A stretch of DNA of 64,000 nt, from positions 108,647 to 172,646 of the forward strand of contig JAUYKM010000009.1 of NCBI GenBank assembly GCA_030699125.1, written 5' to 3'. The stretch's first letter is position 1. Every line of letters begins with the position of its first letter. A model generated the notes under the pieces. That model was not told the origin of the DNA. It searched no databases and saw nothing but the letters and a program-made list of their open reading frames with translations. The position numbers and the translations under genes are program-made. This document shows, piece after piece, positions 1 through 9,364 of the stretch. The DNA comes from Candidatus Daviesbacteria bacterium (lineage in GTDB: Bacteria; Patescibacteriota; Microgenomatia; Daviesbacterales; UBA10151).

Positions 1-2
1 TA

Positions 3-1013
3 GGATTTGCCTCTGCTCTAGCACTTGTTTCTTCCTACTGGTTCTTATTTAGAGCCAGATCCGGAAATCTGGATGTGCCCTTAACAGCCTTTTTCCTATT
101 AACTTTGCTTCTAGCTTTGTATTCTGTTAAAAATAAGAGATTCCTTCCTCTTTTTTCCGTGAGTCTAGCTGTATTACTACTTATGAAAACATTAGTTCCT
201 TTTACCATTTTTCCGACGCTCTTTTTAATTTTTTGGAAAAGGAAAGACAAAGATTATATTAAAGCTTTAGTTTTTCCTGTATTAATTTTTATTGGCTGGT
301 TTATTTTTCAATTCACTCAAGATCCGCTTTTTCTTAATCATTATTTTTTGATTGGGCTGGCAGGAGTAAATATGCAAAGTGATTACGGGAATAATTTGAG
401 ACTGATGAAAGAATATCTTCACGCAGGAGTGGGAAAGTGGTTCTGGCCTACTACATTAGCCATTTTTATTAGCCCACTCTTAAAAGAAAAAAGATTCATT
501 ATTCTTTCTTCTTTTTTTATTATTTTTTTCCTGCCATTTATTTTTTCCCAAAAGGGCCATATCTGGCATTTGATCCCGCTTTATCCGGTAATGATTTTAT
601 CTTTTTTTGGACTCAGCTATGTATTGATGAAAAGATATATTAGAAATCAAGTAATTATTGGGATTATGATTTTAGGAATAGCTTTTTATTTTTCATTTAT
701 TCAAATAAGCAGTATCTGGTATCAATTTATTGAAATCCCCAGATATATCTCGGATGAGGAAATTTTATCTCGTGAGGCAAAAAAATATCCTTTTGATTAT
801 TATGTGGATTCGGAATCAATAGCAGCAGCTGCTTTTTATTCTGAAAAGATAGTCACCAGATTAAGGGCTAAAGATTTGATACCGTTATTTAATACCGGAA
901 AAAAATTCACTCTGTTTACTTACCAATGGAGATTAGATGGAGCAGATATTAGCAAAAGCAGCTACCAAATTATCAAAAAAGATAGGGATAAAATTTTAGT
1001 CATCAGAAGATAG
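3..1013 (+). CDS. C-terminal part of a polytopic membrane protein, probably a GT-C/GT39-like glycosyltransferase; the 5' end is truncated by the window edge.
   Basis: The frame is open from nt 3 with no stop, so the gene starts upstream of the window. It encodes multiple hydrophobic helices followed by a hydrophilic C-terminal domain. Gene 1058 follows in the same direction. Confidence 0.5.
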   Translation, partial: GFASALALVSSYWFLFRARSGNLDVPLTAFFLLTLLLALYSVKNKRFLPLFSVSLAVLLLMKTLVPFTIFPTLFLIFWKRKDKDYIKALVFPVLIFIGWFIFQFTQDPLFLNHYFLIGLAGVNMQSDYGNNLRLMKEYLHAGVGKWFWPTTLAIFISPLLKEKRFIILSSFFIIFFLPFIFSQKGHIWHLIPLYPVMILSFFGLSYVLMKRYIRNQVIIGIMILGIAFYFSFIQISSIWYQFIEIPRYISDEEILSREAKKYPFDYYVDSESIAAAAFYSEKIVTRLRAKDLIPLFNTGKKFTLFTYQWRLDGADISKSSYQIIKKDRDKILVIRR

Positions 1014-1057
1014 TTTGAGCTGGACATATGAGGCTTTAGAGCTGATATAATGATATA

Positions 1058-2590
1058 GTGAACCTTTTATTAAGATACCGAAGAGAAATTTTAATCCTCA
1101 TTGTCTTAATCGGTGCATATTTTATTTTAAGATTACCGAATTTAACTTTGCAGCCTATTTTTGCTGATGAGGCAATCTATATTAGATGGGCACAGGTGAT
1201 GAAATCCGAACCTACTTTGAGGTTCTTACCTCTGTCTGATGGTAAAACCCCCCTTTTTATGTGGTCCATGATTCCCTTTTTTAAATTCTTCGAGGATCCC
1301 TTATTTGCTGGTAGATTTTTATCAGTGTTATCCGGCTTGATAACTCTTTTAGGCGTATTTGCCTTAAGTTGGAAAGTATTTGGGAAAAGAGTGGCTCTTT
1401 GGGCCAGTTTGATCTATGTAGTCGTGCCTTACACTATTTTTTTTGACCGAATGGCTTTAGTGGATTCTCTTTTGTCTGCCTTTAGTATTTGGTCTATATT
1501 TTTTGCCATTTGGCTGGCCCAAAAAGTTAGACTAGATCTGGCCATGATTTTGGGATTTATTTTAGGTGGAGGGATTCTAACTAAAACTCCGGGAATGTTA
1601 AGCCTCTTTTTAGTCCCTCTATCTTTCTTAGCTTTCAGAAGAGTGGGGGGAGATAAATATAAATTAGTGAGGTTAGTTTTATTTTGGGGAGTGGCTATTG
1701 GGATTGCTCTTTTTATGTATAATAGTTTGAGATTAGGCCCAAATTTTCACCTATTATCTTCTAGAAATGCTGATTATGTTTTTTCTCCTTTAGAGCTTAT
1801 CGGCAGACCCTTAGATCCTTTTATTCCACACCTTAAAGATATGGCGGATTGGTTCCCTAAGTTATTAGGATGGCCGGTGATTTTGGCGGGATTTGTAGGA
1901 ATTTTTGGAGTTATTCGCGAGAGGAATAAATTAAGAATCTTAGTTTTACTTTGGGCACTCTTGCCATTGCTTATAGAAATGGCATTTTTAAGGACCTTTA
2001 CTGCCAGGTATTTATTATTTACCATCCCACCGCTTTTGGTAGTTGCAGGATACGGGGTAGAAAAAATTTCCAATTTCAATCTCTCGACTTCGCTCGGGAC
2101 AAGATTTCCAATTTCAAATATAGTAATAACATGGATTATTCTTGTAGCTTTATTATTGCCCAACCTATATTTTAATTATCTGCTTCTGACTAATCCTCAA
2201 AAAGCTCCTTTACCTAGAGAGGAGAGGATTGGTTATTTTGAGGATTGGACTGCCGGATATGGGTTTTCTGAAATTGCCCAGTTTTTGATGGAAAAGAAAA
2301 AGGAGGGTCCTGTAACAGTGGGAACAGAAGGATATTTTGGCACTTTGCCAGATGGTTTATATATTTATCTGGATAAAGCCGGAATTCAAGTGGTACCGGA
2401 TCAAGCCACAGTTTCTGCTAAACTTCTTGATGCAGCTCAAACAAACCAAACCTTTTTTGTGGCTAATAAATCTCGACTCCTGGAATATACCAAGCAGTTA
2501 AAACTTATCAAGGAATATCCAAAAGCACAAAGTCCGGACGGTAAACAAGACGCCATTCAACTATTTGAGGTTATCCCAGATGCAAATTAA
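1058..2590 (+). CDS. GT39/GT83-like (PMT_2/ArnT-like) lipid-linked sugar glycosyltransferase. It is a membrane protein of about 12 TM helices.
   Basis: It has a GTG start. The first extracytoplasmic loop carries 'FADEAIY', the D-E motif typical of ArnT/PMT-family GT-C enzymes. The protein is polytopic with a C-terminal soluble region. Confidence 0.65.
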   Translation: MNLLLRYRREILILIVLIGAYFILRLPNLTLQPIFADEAIYIRWAQVMKSEPTLRFLPLSDGKTPLFMWSMIPFFKFFEDPLFAGRFLSVLSGLITLLGVFALSWKVFGKRVALWASLIYVVVPYTIFFDRMALVDSLLSAFSIWSIFFAIWLAQKVRLDLAMILGFILGGGILTKTPGMLSLFLVPLSFLAFRRVGGDKYKLVRLVLFWGVAIGIALFMYNSLRLGPNFHLLSSRNADYVFSPLELIGRPLDPFIPHLKDMADWFPKLLGWPVILAGFVGIFGVIRERNKLRILVLLWALLPLLIEMAFLRTFTARYLLFTIPPLLVVAGYGVEKISNFNLSTSLGTRFPISNIVITWIILVALLLPNLYFNYLLLTNPQKAPLPREERIGYFEDWTAGYGFSEIAQFLMEKKKEGPVTVGTEGYFGTLPDGLYIYLDKAGIQVVPDQATVSAKLLDAAQTNQTFFVANKSRLLEYTKQLKLIKEYPKAQSPDGKQDAIQLFEVIPDAN

Positions 2591-4283
2591 AAATTTTCTA
2601 TCTAGATTCCGCTTTCTACTGCTAGCTCTAGTATTGACTATACCTTTATATTATTCGTTAATCAGGCCCGGTTTTTTTCCCATGCAGGATGATCTACAGG
2701 CTTTTAGGCTGTATGAGATGCATGAGTGTTTTAAAGATTTGCAAATTCCCTGCAGGTGGATACCGGATGCAGGGTACGGTTATGGTTATCCACTTTTTAA
2801 CTTTTACTCTCCCGGAGTTTATTACCTGGGGGAAATTTTTCATCTGATAGGATTCCAGTTTATTGATGTAGTAAAAATTTTATTTATTTTGGGATTTTTG
2901 GCGGGGACATTTAGTATGTTTTTTTTAATTAAAGAACTTTTTGGCGCCTGGGCTGGCATGGTGGGTGCTTTGCTTTTTAGCTACTCCCCTTTTAAAGCAA
3001 CAGAGGTTTATGTGAGAGGATCTTTATCGGAGTTTTGGGCCCAAGTTTTTTTCCCATTTATATTTTGGTCCTCATATAAATTAATCAAAACTTCTCAGAT
3101 AAAATATCTTATTTTACTTGCTTTGAGTTGGGGATTGTTACTGATTACCCATAATTTAATGTCATTTATTTTTGCCCCTTTATTTTTAGTCTGGGTTATT
3201 TATTGGATGTTAGCAGAGAAAAAATGGATCAGTTTACCCAAAGTAATTGGAGGGATATTATTAGGATTTGGACTAGCTTCTTTTTTTATACTGCCTTTGA
3301 TTTTTGAAAGAGGATTTGTTCATCTGGAAACTTTACTGGGAGGATATTTTGACTACCGTCAGCATTTTGTATCTTTATATCAGCTTTTTATCTCTAATCA
3401 TTTTGGCTATGGTTCTTCATTTCTAGGGCCAATTGATGATTTGTCACTTTCGGTGGGCATTGCCCACTGGATAGTGGGACTTATGGCTGTTATTTTAGCT
3501 ATTTTAAATTTTAAAAAATATCCCAAAGTAGCTGGGATCATACTGACTTTGGCAACAGTAGAAGTTATGGTGATATTCTTAATGCACCAGAGGTCATCAT
3601 TTATCTGGGAGAATTTTTCCGCCATCTGGTGGCTGCAATTTCCCTGGAGATTTTTGGCAGCAAGTTATTTTTTCCTGTCTATTTTAGGGGGAGCAGCTTT
3701 TTTCTTCCTCCAAAAGCTTTTGGATAAAAAATATGTCAGAATTTTGGCAGTTACTATGATTGCGGTTTTAATCCTATTGCATGGCTCAAATTTTCAACCG
3801 AAAGAGTGGCTGAATATTTCTGATCAGGATAAATTTTCCCAAGATTCTTGGCAGAAACAGTTGACTATCTCAATTTTTGACTATCTGCCCATTTATGCCC
3901 AGCTTCCTCCCAACCATGAAGCTCCCCCCGCTCCGGAAATTTTAGAGGGTAAGGTAAATATCTTTAGTTACGAGAAGGGTAGCAATTACCAGATAGGGGA
4001 GGTGGAGGTGTTGGAAGAAGCCACACTCAGACTGCCGCTCTTTGATTTTCCAGGAATGGAGGTCACGCTTAATGGTAAAGTGATTAATCATGTAAATGAT
4101 GACTGTAGAGGAGAGGATTATTGTTTTGGACTGATCAGCTTTACTATCCCGGAAGGACGGCATATGATAAAAGTTCAACTTAAAGATACCTCGGTCAGAA
4201 CGATAGGGAATATAATTACCTTAGTAAGTTTCTTTATAGTGGTGTTTTCTTTCGCAAAAATTAAATATGGCAAAAATATTTAA
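2565..4283 (+). CDS. Family-B polytopic membrane protein, a GT-C-like paralog 1 of 4. It may be YfhO-related or PTPS-related membrane family.
   Basis: Conserved motifs are 'FFPMQDDLQAFRLYEM', 'IPCRWIPDAGYGYGYPLFNFY', 'EVYVRGSLSEF', 'THN', 'FERGFVHLETL', 'GYGSSFLGP' and 'QFPWRFL'. A C-terminal beta-rich soluble domain contains 'FDFPGMEVTLNGK'. Confidence 0.6.
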   Translation: MRLSQMQIKNFLSRFRFLLLALVLTIPLYYSLIRPGFFPMQDDLQAFRLYEMHECFKDLQIPCRWIPDAGYGYGYPLFNFYSPGVYYLGEIFHLIGFQFIDVVKILFILGFLAGTFSMFFLIKELFGAWAGMVGALLFSYSPFKATEVYVRGSLSEFWAQVFFPFIFWSSYKLIKTSQIKYLILLALSWGLLLITHNLMSFIFAPLFLVWVIYWMLAEKKWISLPKVIGGILLGFGLASFFILPLIFERGFVHLETLLGGYFDYRQHFVSLYQLFISNHFGYGSSFLGPIDDLSLSVGIAHWIVGLMAVILAILNFKKYPKVAGIILTLATVEVMVIFLMHQRSSFIWENFSAIWWLQFPWRFLAASYFFLSILGGAAFFFLQKLLDKKYVRILAVTMIAVLILLHGSNFQPKEWLNISDQDKFSQDSWQKQLTISIFDYLPIYAQLPPNHEAPPAPEILEGKVNIFSYEKGSNYQIGEVEVLEEATLRLPLFDFPGMEVTLNGKVINHVNDDCRGEDYCFGLISFTIPEGRHMIKVQLKDTSVRTIGNIITLVSFFIVVFSFAKIKYGKNI

Positions 4284-5925
4284 AAATAATATTTATCTCA
4301 TTTTGGTAATGGTTGCTTCCCTTATGATAAGTTGGCCGCTATTTTTGCCCGGTTACTTTTCTCATCATGATGATCTGCAGGTAATGAGAATTTTTGAGAT
4401 GAGAAAATGTATTGAGGATTTACAAATCCCCTGTCGGTGGGTTCCGGATATGGGGTATGGCAACGGCTATCCCTTATTCAATTATTACAACCCACTTCCT
4501 TATTATGTGGGCGCGATATTAAGTTTTGTATTAGGTTATGTAATTTCTGCCAAGGCCTTATTTTTAATTGCCATTTTCTTGGGGGGTGTTTCTATGTTTT
4601 TTTTGGCCAAAGAAATTTTTGGCAAAGAGCCAGCAATGGTTGCGGCGATTTTATATCAGCTTGCTCCGTATAAAGCTTTGGATTTATATGTGAGGGGTGC
4701 CCTGGCTGAAAGTTTTGCTTTGGGTATTGTTCCTTTCTGTTTTTTATTTGTCATAAAACTTTTAAGGGAAGATAGAAAGGTTTATTTCTGGGGATTAAGT
4801 TTGTCTTTGGCTGCTCTACTGATAAGTCATAATATTATGACTTTGGTTTTTGTGCCGATACTTTTAATCTTTTGTATTTTTTCGATATTTTTTGAAAAAT
4901 CGAAAAATATCCGTCTATTACTTTTTAGTTTGGTAGTGGGATTGGGGTTGGCTGCCTTTTTTATTATTCCCTCATATTTTGAGAAAGATCTGGTCCAAAT
5001 TGACAACTTAACCAGACTGGACTTAGATTTTCGTGCACACTTTGCAACAGTCAATCAACTCTTTTTAGATAGAAGTTGGGGATATGGGGCCTCTTTCCCG
5101 GGGCCTAACGATACTATTTCTTTGCAGATTGGTTGGCCGCATTGGGCCATTGTGACAATCTCTTTCTTCTGGGCCATTTTTTCATTTAAAAAAGCAAACT
5201 CAAAAATGGCATTATTATTTTTTACTATCTTTGTATTAGCAATCTTTATGACACATATTAGGTCTGCCTTTGTTTGGGAGCAAATTGGCATTTTAAGATT
5301 TGCCCAATTCCCCTGGAGATTTTTATCAGCGGCCATTTTTACAGCTAGTTTATTGGGAGCATATTTAATAAGTAATATAAATAATAAATACAAAATTTAT
5401 TTAACAATTCTTATCGGTGTCATAACAATAATCTTGAACTGGAATTATTTTAAGCCTGAAATATTTTACCCAAATATTGGTGACATAGAAAAATTATCAG
5501 GCGAAGAATGGGAGACCCAACAAAAAGCTGCCATTTTGGATTACTTACCCCAAACTGGGGTTCAACCTAGAGAAGGCGCACCGGCAAATCCCCTTATAAT
5601 AAATGGACAGGCCAATATCAGTAATTTTGTGAACAGATCTAGTAGGTGGAAATTTAATGTGGATGTAGATGAAAAGTCTAGAATAGAAGCACCTGTTTTT
5701 GATTTTCCCAAATGGAGAGTTTTTGTAGATGGAAAGAAAATTGCCCATGATAATAAAAATTATTTAGGAAGAATCGCCTTCGAGTTAACTGAAGGTGAAC
5801 ATGCTGTAGAGGGAAAATTAGAAAATACTCCAATTAGGACTTTAAGTAATACCATTACCTTAATATCAATAATAGTTTTGGGACTCATTACTTTATATGG
5901 AAAGAATCGAAAATTTTTTAGATAA
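4267..5925 (+). CDS. Family-B polytopic membrane protein (GT-C-like), paralog 2 of 4.
   Basis: It carries 'FSHHDDLQVMRIFEM', 'IPCRWVPDMGYGNGYPLFNYY', 'DLYVRGALAE', 'SHN', 'WGYGASFPGP' and 'QFPWRFL'. A C-terminal domain contains 'FDFPKWRVFVDGKK'. Confidence 0.6.
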   Translation: MAKIFKNNIYLILVMVASLMISWPLFLPGYFSHHDDLQVMRIFEMRKCIEDLQIPCRWVPDMGYGNGYPLFNYYNPLPYYVGAILSFVLGYVISAKALFLIAIFLGGVSMFFLAKEIFGKEPAMVAAILYQLAPYKALDLYVRGALAESFALGIVPFCFLFVIKLLREDRKVYFWGLSLSLAALLISHNIMTLVFVPILLIFCIFSIFFEKSKNIRLLLFSLVVGLGLAAFFIIPSYFEKDLVQIDNLTRLDLDFRAHFATVNQLFLDRSWGYGASFPGPNDTISLQIGWPHWAIVTISFFWAIFSFKKANSKMALLFFTIFVLAIFMTHIRSAFVWEQIGILRFAQFPWRFLSAAIFTASLLGAYLISNINNKYKIYLTILIGVITIILNWNYFKPEIFYPNIGDIEKLSGEEWETQQKAAILDYLPQTGVQPREGAPANPLIINGQANISNFVNRSSRWKFNVDVDEKSRIEAPVFDFPKWRVFVDGKKIAHDNKNYLGRIAFELTEGEHAVEGKLENTPIRTLSNTITLISIIVLGLITLYGKNRKFFR

Positions 5926-7606
5926 ATACTGGTGGCTTACGATCATTATTTTATCCATCCCTGCTTTTTGGGCGCTTTTGGTGCCAGGATTTTATGGAGC
6001 ATCCGATGATTTGCATATCGGGTGGCTCCATCAGATGGATAAAGTATTAAGGCTGGGACAAATTCCCCCCAGGTTTGTACCGGATTTAAGTTTCGGTTTT
6101 GGTTATCCATTATTTAATTTTGTTTTTCCCTTGCCATTCTATATTGCAGATATTTTTCACCGGATAGGTTTCAGCCTGGTAGACAGTATTAAAACTTTAT
6201 TTCTTTTAAGTCTGCCTATTTCAGGTATTTTCATGTACCTACTTTTGCGAGGATTTATTTCTCCAATATTAAGTATGGCAGGGGCAGTGATATACATTTA
6301 TACGCCCTACAGATCAACAGACATTTATGTCAGAGGAGCGATAGGGGAGATTGTCTCCTTTATATTTTTGCCACTGATAGTACTCTCCTTTATTAAACTA
6401 ACGGAAGATCATGAAAAATTTAATTTCTGGATAGGGATTGGAGCTCTTTCACTTGCTTCCCTAGTGTTGTCGCACAATATTACGGCCTTTATGTTTTTAC
6501 CGTATCTCTTTTTGTTAATAATTTTAAGGGTATTTTTTACCTCCGTAAATCCGACAGTTTCTATAAAGCGAATTTTTATATCAATAATTTTGGCTGTTTC
6601 CATTAGTTTATATTTTTGGCTGCCGGCAATGGTGGAGAGCAATCTTATGAAATATGACACTGTATTTGCAGTGGCAGACCATTTCCCCACTATTTTACAA
6701 CTAGTTACTCCTTATTGGGGATATGGCGCATCTGTGGCCGGTCCCTATGACGGCATGTCGTTTTTTATGGGGGTTATCAATATAGCCCTAATAATTGGGA
6801 CAATTTTAATACTGATTGCGTTTAGGAAAAAGATTGAAAAAGATTTAATGGTAATGACAATCTGGGCAATGATAGTAATATTTTCATCAATATTTATGAT
6901 GAATTATCGCTCTCTTTTTTTGTGGGAAAACTTACCCCTGTTACCATATTTTCAATTCCCCTGGAGATTTTTAGTAATGGTAACTTTAGCAACGCCAATT
7001 TCGGTGATCGTTTTATCAAAGTTTAAATATCAAAACTATTTGGCATTATCTATCATTGTTCTCTCTGTAGGTCTAAATGCAACAAGCTTTAGACCGCAAG
7101 ATTTCTTAGGAAGGGAAGATGATTATTACCTAAACCGTTATATACCTACCCCTCTTGCCAGTCAGGAGTATTTAGAAATTCAAGAGGAATATTTGAGATT
7201 GCCCAAAAATACTTATGCTAGGCCTGATAGGAATTATCCACTGGTATCTTCTGAGAGTGAAGAGATTGAGAATATAACCTTTATTGATGATTTAAAAACA
7301 GAAATTAATACGCAATCGAATGATAAATTTATTTTAACTTACAACAAGTATTATTTTCCGGGTTGGCAGGCAAGGGTAGATGGAATCTTGACAGAGATTA
7401 CACCAGGCACCCCCTTTGGTGAGATAAATATTCTGGTGGATGAAGGAGAGCATCAAATAGAGATTTTTTATCAGGAGAGCGGATTTCGGTTAATTCTGAA
7501 TTGGATTTCCTTTATTAGTTTCATTGTTACACTGTTTTTAATATTTAAAAACAGATTGCCAATACGCTTGTTTCAGATACATAATTTAACTAAAATTAGA
7601 GGATAG
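5897..7606 (+). CDS. Family-B polytopic membrane protein (GT-C-like), paralog 3 of 4. It is the most divergent of the four.
   Basis: It carries 'GASDDLHIGWLHQM', 'IPPRFVPDLSFGFGYPLFNFVFP', 'DIYVRGAIGE', 'SHN', 'WGYGASVAGP' and 'QFPWRFL'. The C-terminal domain contains 'YYFPGWQARVDG'. Confidence 0.55.
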   Translation: MERIENFLDKYWWLTIIILSIPAFWALLVPGFYGASDDLHIGWLHQMDKVLRLGQIPPRFVPDLSFGFGYPLFNFVFPLPFYIADIFHRIGFSLVDSIKTLFLLSLPISGIFMYLLLRGFISPILSMAGAVIYIYTPYRSTDIYVRGAIGEIVSFIFLPLIVLSFIKLTEDHEKFNFWIGIGALSLASLVLSHNITAFMFLPYLFLLIILRVFFTSVNPTVSIKRIFISIILAVSISLYFWLPAMVESNLMKYDTVFAVADHFPTILQLVTPYWGYGASVAGPYDGMSFFMGVINIALIIGTILILIAFRKKIEKDLMVMTIWAMIVIFSSIFMMNYRSLFLWENLPLLPYFQFPWRFLVMVTLATPISVIVLSKFKYQNYLALSIIVLSVGLNATSFRPQDFLGREDDYYLNRYIPTPLASQEYLEIQEEYLRLPKNTYARPDRNYPLVSSESEEIENITFIDDLKTEINTQSNDKFILTYNKYYFPGWQARVDGILTEITPGTPFGEINILVDEGEHQIEIFYQESGFRLILNWISFISFIVTLFLIFKNRLPIRLFQIHNLTKIRG

Positions 7607-7630
7607 CTAACAGTATCCGCGTATCTTTCT

Positions 7631-9364
7631 ATGGAATTTAAACAAAAGGTTTTTAATATATTAAAAAATAATTGGCAATTTTGGGTGGGTTTTGTTTTGA
7701 CCAGCAGTCTTCTCTGGCCACTCTGCGCAGCTCCTCTATTTAGCCATCATGATGATACAACCATCATCAGGCTTTATGAGATGGATAAATGTATTAAGGA
7801 TGGTCAGATACCCTGTCGGTGGGTACCTGATTTGGGAAATTTGTATGGTTACCCTCTTTTTAATTACTATGCCCCCCTCCCCTATTATTTTGGAGAAATA
7901 TTTTACTTTTTAAGTGGCAACTTAATCTTTTCAGTCAAGATAATGTTTGTCGTCTCCTTTTTGGGAGCTTATGTTTTTATGTATCTTTTTGGAGCAAAGT
8001 TCTGGGGAAAGTTGGGCGGCAGTTTATCTGCCATTTTTTATAGTTTTGCCCCATACCACGGCCTAGATTTTTACGTTAGAGGAGCCATGGGAGAGATGTG
8101 GGCATTAATGTTTTTTCCTTTGGTTGTTTATCTACTGATCAGGCTGAAAGACAAATTGAGCATCTTAAATTCATTGCTCTTAGCTACTTCTGTTGCTTTA
8201 TTAATTACTTCTCATAACCTTTCGGCCATGATCTTTCTACCCATTGTATTTTTATTGTATCTCTTACTTTTTATAGAAAAAAAGCAAATTAAGTTTCTGT
8301 TATACGGATTTGCAGCATTTTTAATAGGTATCTTTTTATCTTCATTCTACTTACTACCTGTGCTTGTTGAAAGAGATTTGGTTCATGTTGAGACCACTAC
8401 TTATGGTTATTTTTCCTATACAGAGCATTTCAAAGGATTTAAAAAGCTATTTTTAGAAAGAGATTGGGGATATGGGGCTTCAGTTAGAGAGATACCAGGA
8501 GGGGAGAGAGATAGACTGTCTTATCAGATCGGTTGGGTCCATCTTTTAGGTTGGATTTTGGCTCTGGTTGGCGCTTATATTTTACGGAAAAAAGAAAAAA
8601 GGGTTAGCCTCATAATAATTGTTTCCTCATTTATCATTGCCCTGGCAGTTTTTATGGTCAATCCTAGATCAATATTCATTTGGCAGGCAGTAGAACCTCT
8701 AAAGTATCTGCAATTTCCTTGGAGATTTTTACTTATTATCATCTTTCTCGCCTCATTTATTAGTGGGGCAGTTTTTTTAATATTAAAGGATCAAGTTAAG
8801 CAAAAGTTGATATGGTTAATTTTAGTTATTTTGGTTGTGACATTAAATTTTTCCTATTTTCGTCCGGAAAAATTTATTCAAACTTCAGATGAAGATCTTT
8901 TAACAGGCAGCAATTGGGAGAGACAGATCAAAAGAGCCATTCTTGATTATCTTCCTAAATCAGCAAGTGAGCCACCGGCTGAATTAGCCAGGGAAAGATA
9001 TCAGCTTCTAACAGGGGATTCATTTATCTATGATTTTAAGCAAGGGTCTAATTGGTTTTCATTTAAGACTAATACTAATACACATACTATTATCAGACTC
9101 TCTCAATACTATTTTCCAAAATGGAAGATCTTTATTGACGGTAAAGAAACTCTAATCGACTATAAAAATAACAGCTTGGGCTTAATGACAATAATTTTAG
9201 GAGAAGGAAATCATATTGTGGAAGGAAGATTATATGATACTCCAATTAGAACTATCGCTAACCTTTTAACTTCAGTATCAGCTCTCATAGTAGTAATCTT
9301 CTTGCTTTTACATATTCCGATCACAAGAAGTTGGATTAAATATTATAAGGAGAGGATTGCTTGA
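7631..9364 (+). CDS. Family-B polytopic membrane protein (GT-C-like), paralog 4 of 4.
   Basis: It carries 'FSHHDDTTIIRLYEM', 'IPCRWVPDLGNLYGYPLFNYYAP', 'DFYVRGAMGE', 'SHN', 'WGYGASV' and 'QFPWRFL'. The C-terminal domain contains 'YYFPKWKIFIDGKE'. Confidence 0.6.
   Translation: MEFKQKVFNILKNNWQFWVGFVLTSSLLWPLCAAPLFSHHDDTTIIRLYEMDKCIKDGQIPCRWVPDLGNLYGYPLFNYYAPLPYYFGEIFYFLSGNLIFSVKIMFVVSFLGAYVFMYLFGAKFWGKLGGSLSAIFYSFAPYHGLDFYVRGAMGEMWALMFFPLVVYLLIRLKDKLSILNSLLLATSVALLITSHNLSAMIFLPIVFLLYLLLFIEKKQIKFLLYGFAAFLIGIFLSSFYLLPVLVERDLVHVETTTYGYFSYTEHFKGFKKLFLERDWGYGASVREIPGGERDRLSYQIGWVHLLGWILALVGAYILRKKEKRVSLIIIVSSFIIALAVFMVNPRSIFIWQAVEPLKYLQFPWRFLLIIIFLASFISGAVFLILKDQVKQKLIWLILVILVVTLNFSYFRPEKFIQTSDEDLLTGSNWERQIKRAILDYLPKSASEPPAELARERYQLLTGDSFIYDFKQGSNWFSFKTNTNTHTIIRLSQYYFPKWKIFIDGKETLIDYKNNSLGLMTIILGEGNHIVEGRLYDTPIRTIANLLTSVSALIVVIFLLLHIPITRSWIKYYKERIA

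Noticed and set aside
2061-2120. Direct 14-bp repeat 'atttccaatttcaa' separated by about 30 bp.
   Set aside because: It lies within the coding sequence of gene 1058-2590 and encodes '...ISNFNL...FPISNI'. There are only two copies. It is not a CRISPR or regulatory array.
1774-2163. Antisense and embedded small ORFs from the six-frame track (for example 1774-2163 minus, 5055-5393 minus, 10152-10481 minus, 23885-24466 minus, 44189-44491 minus).
   Set aside because: They lie entirely inside longer ORFs on the other strand or frame that carry recognisable motifs. They have no start context and show low-complexity composition, which is typical of spurious ORFs in AT-rich DNA.
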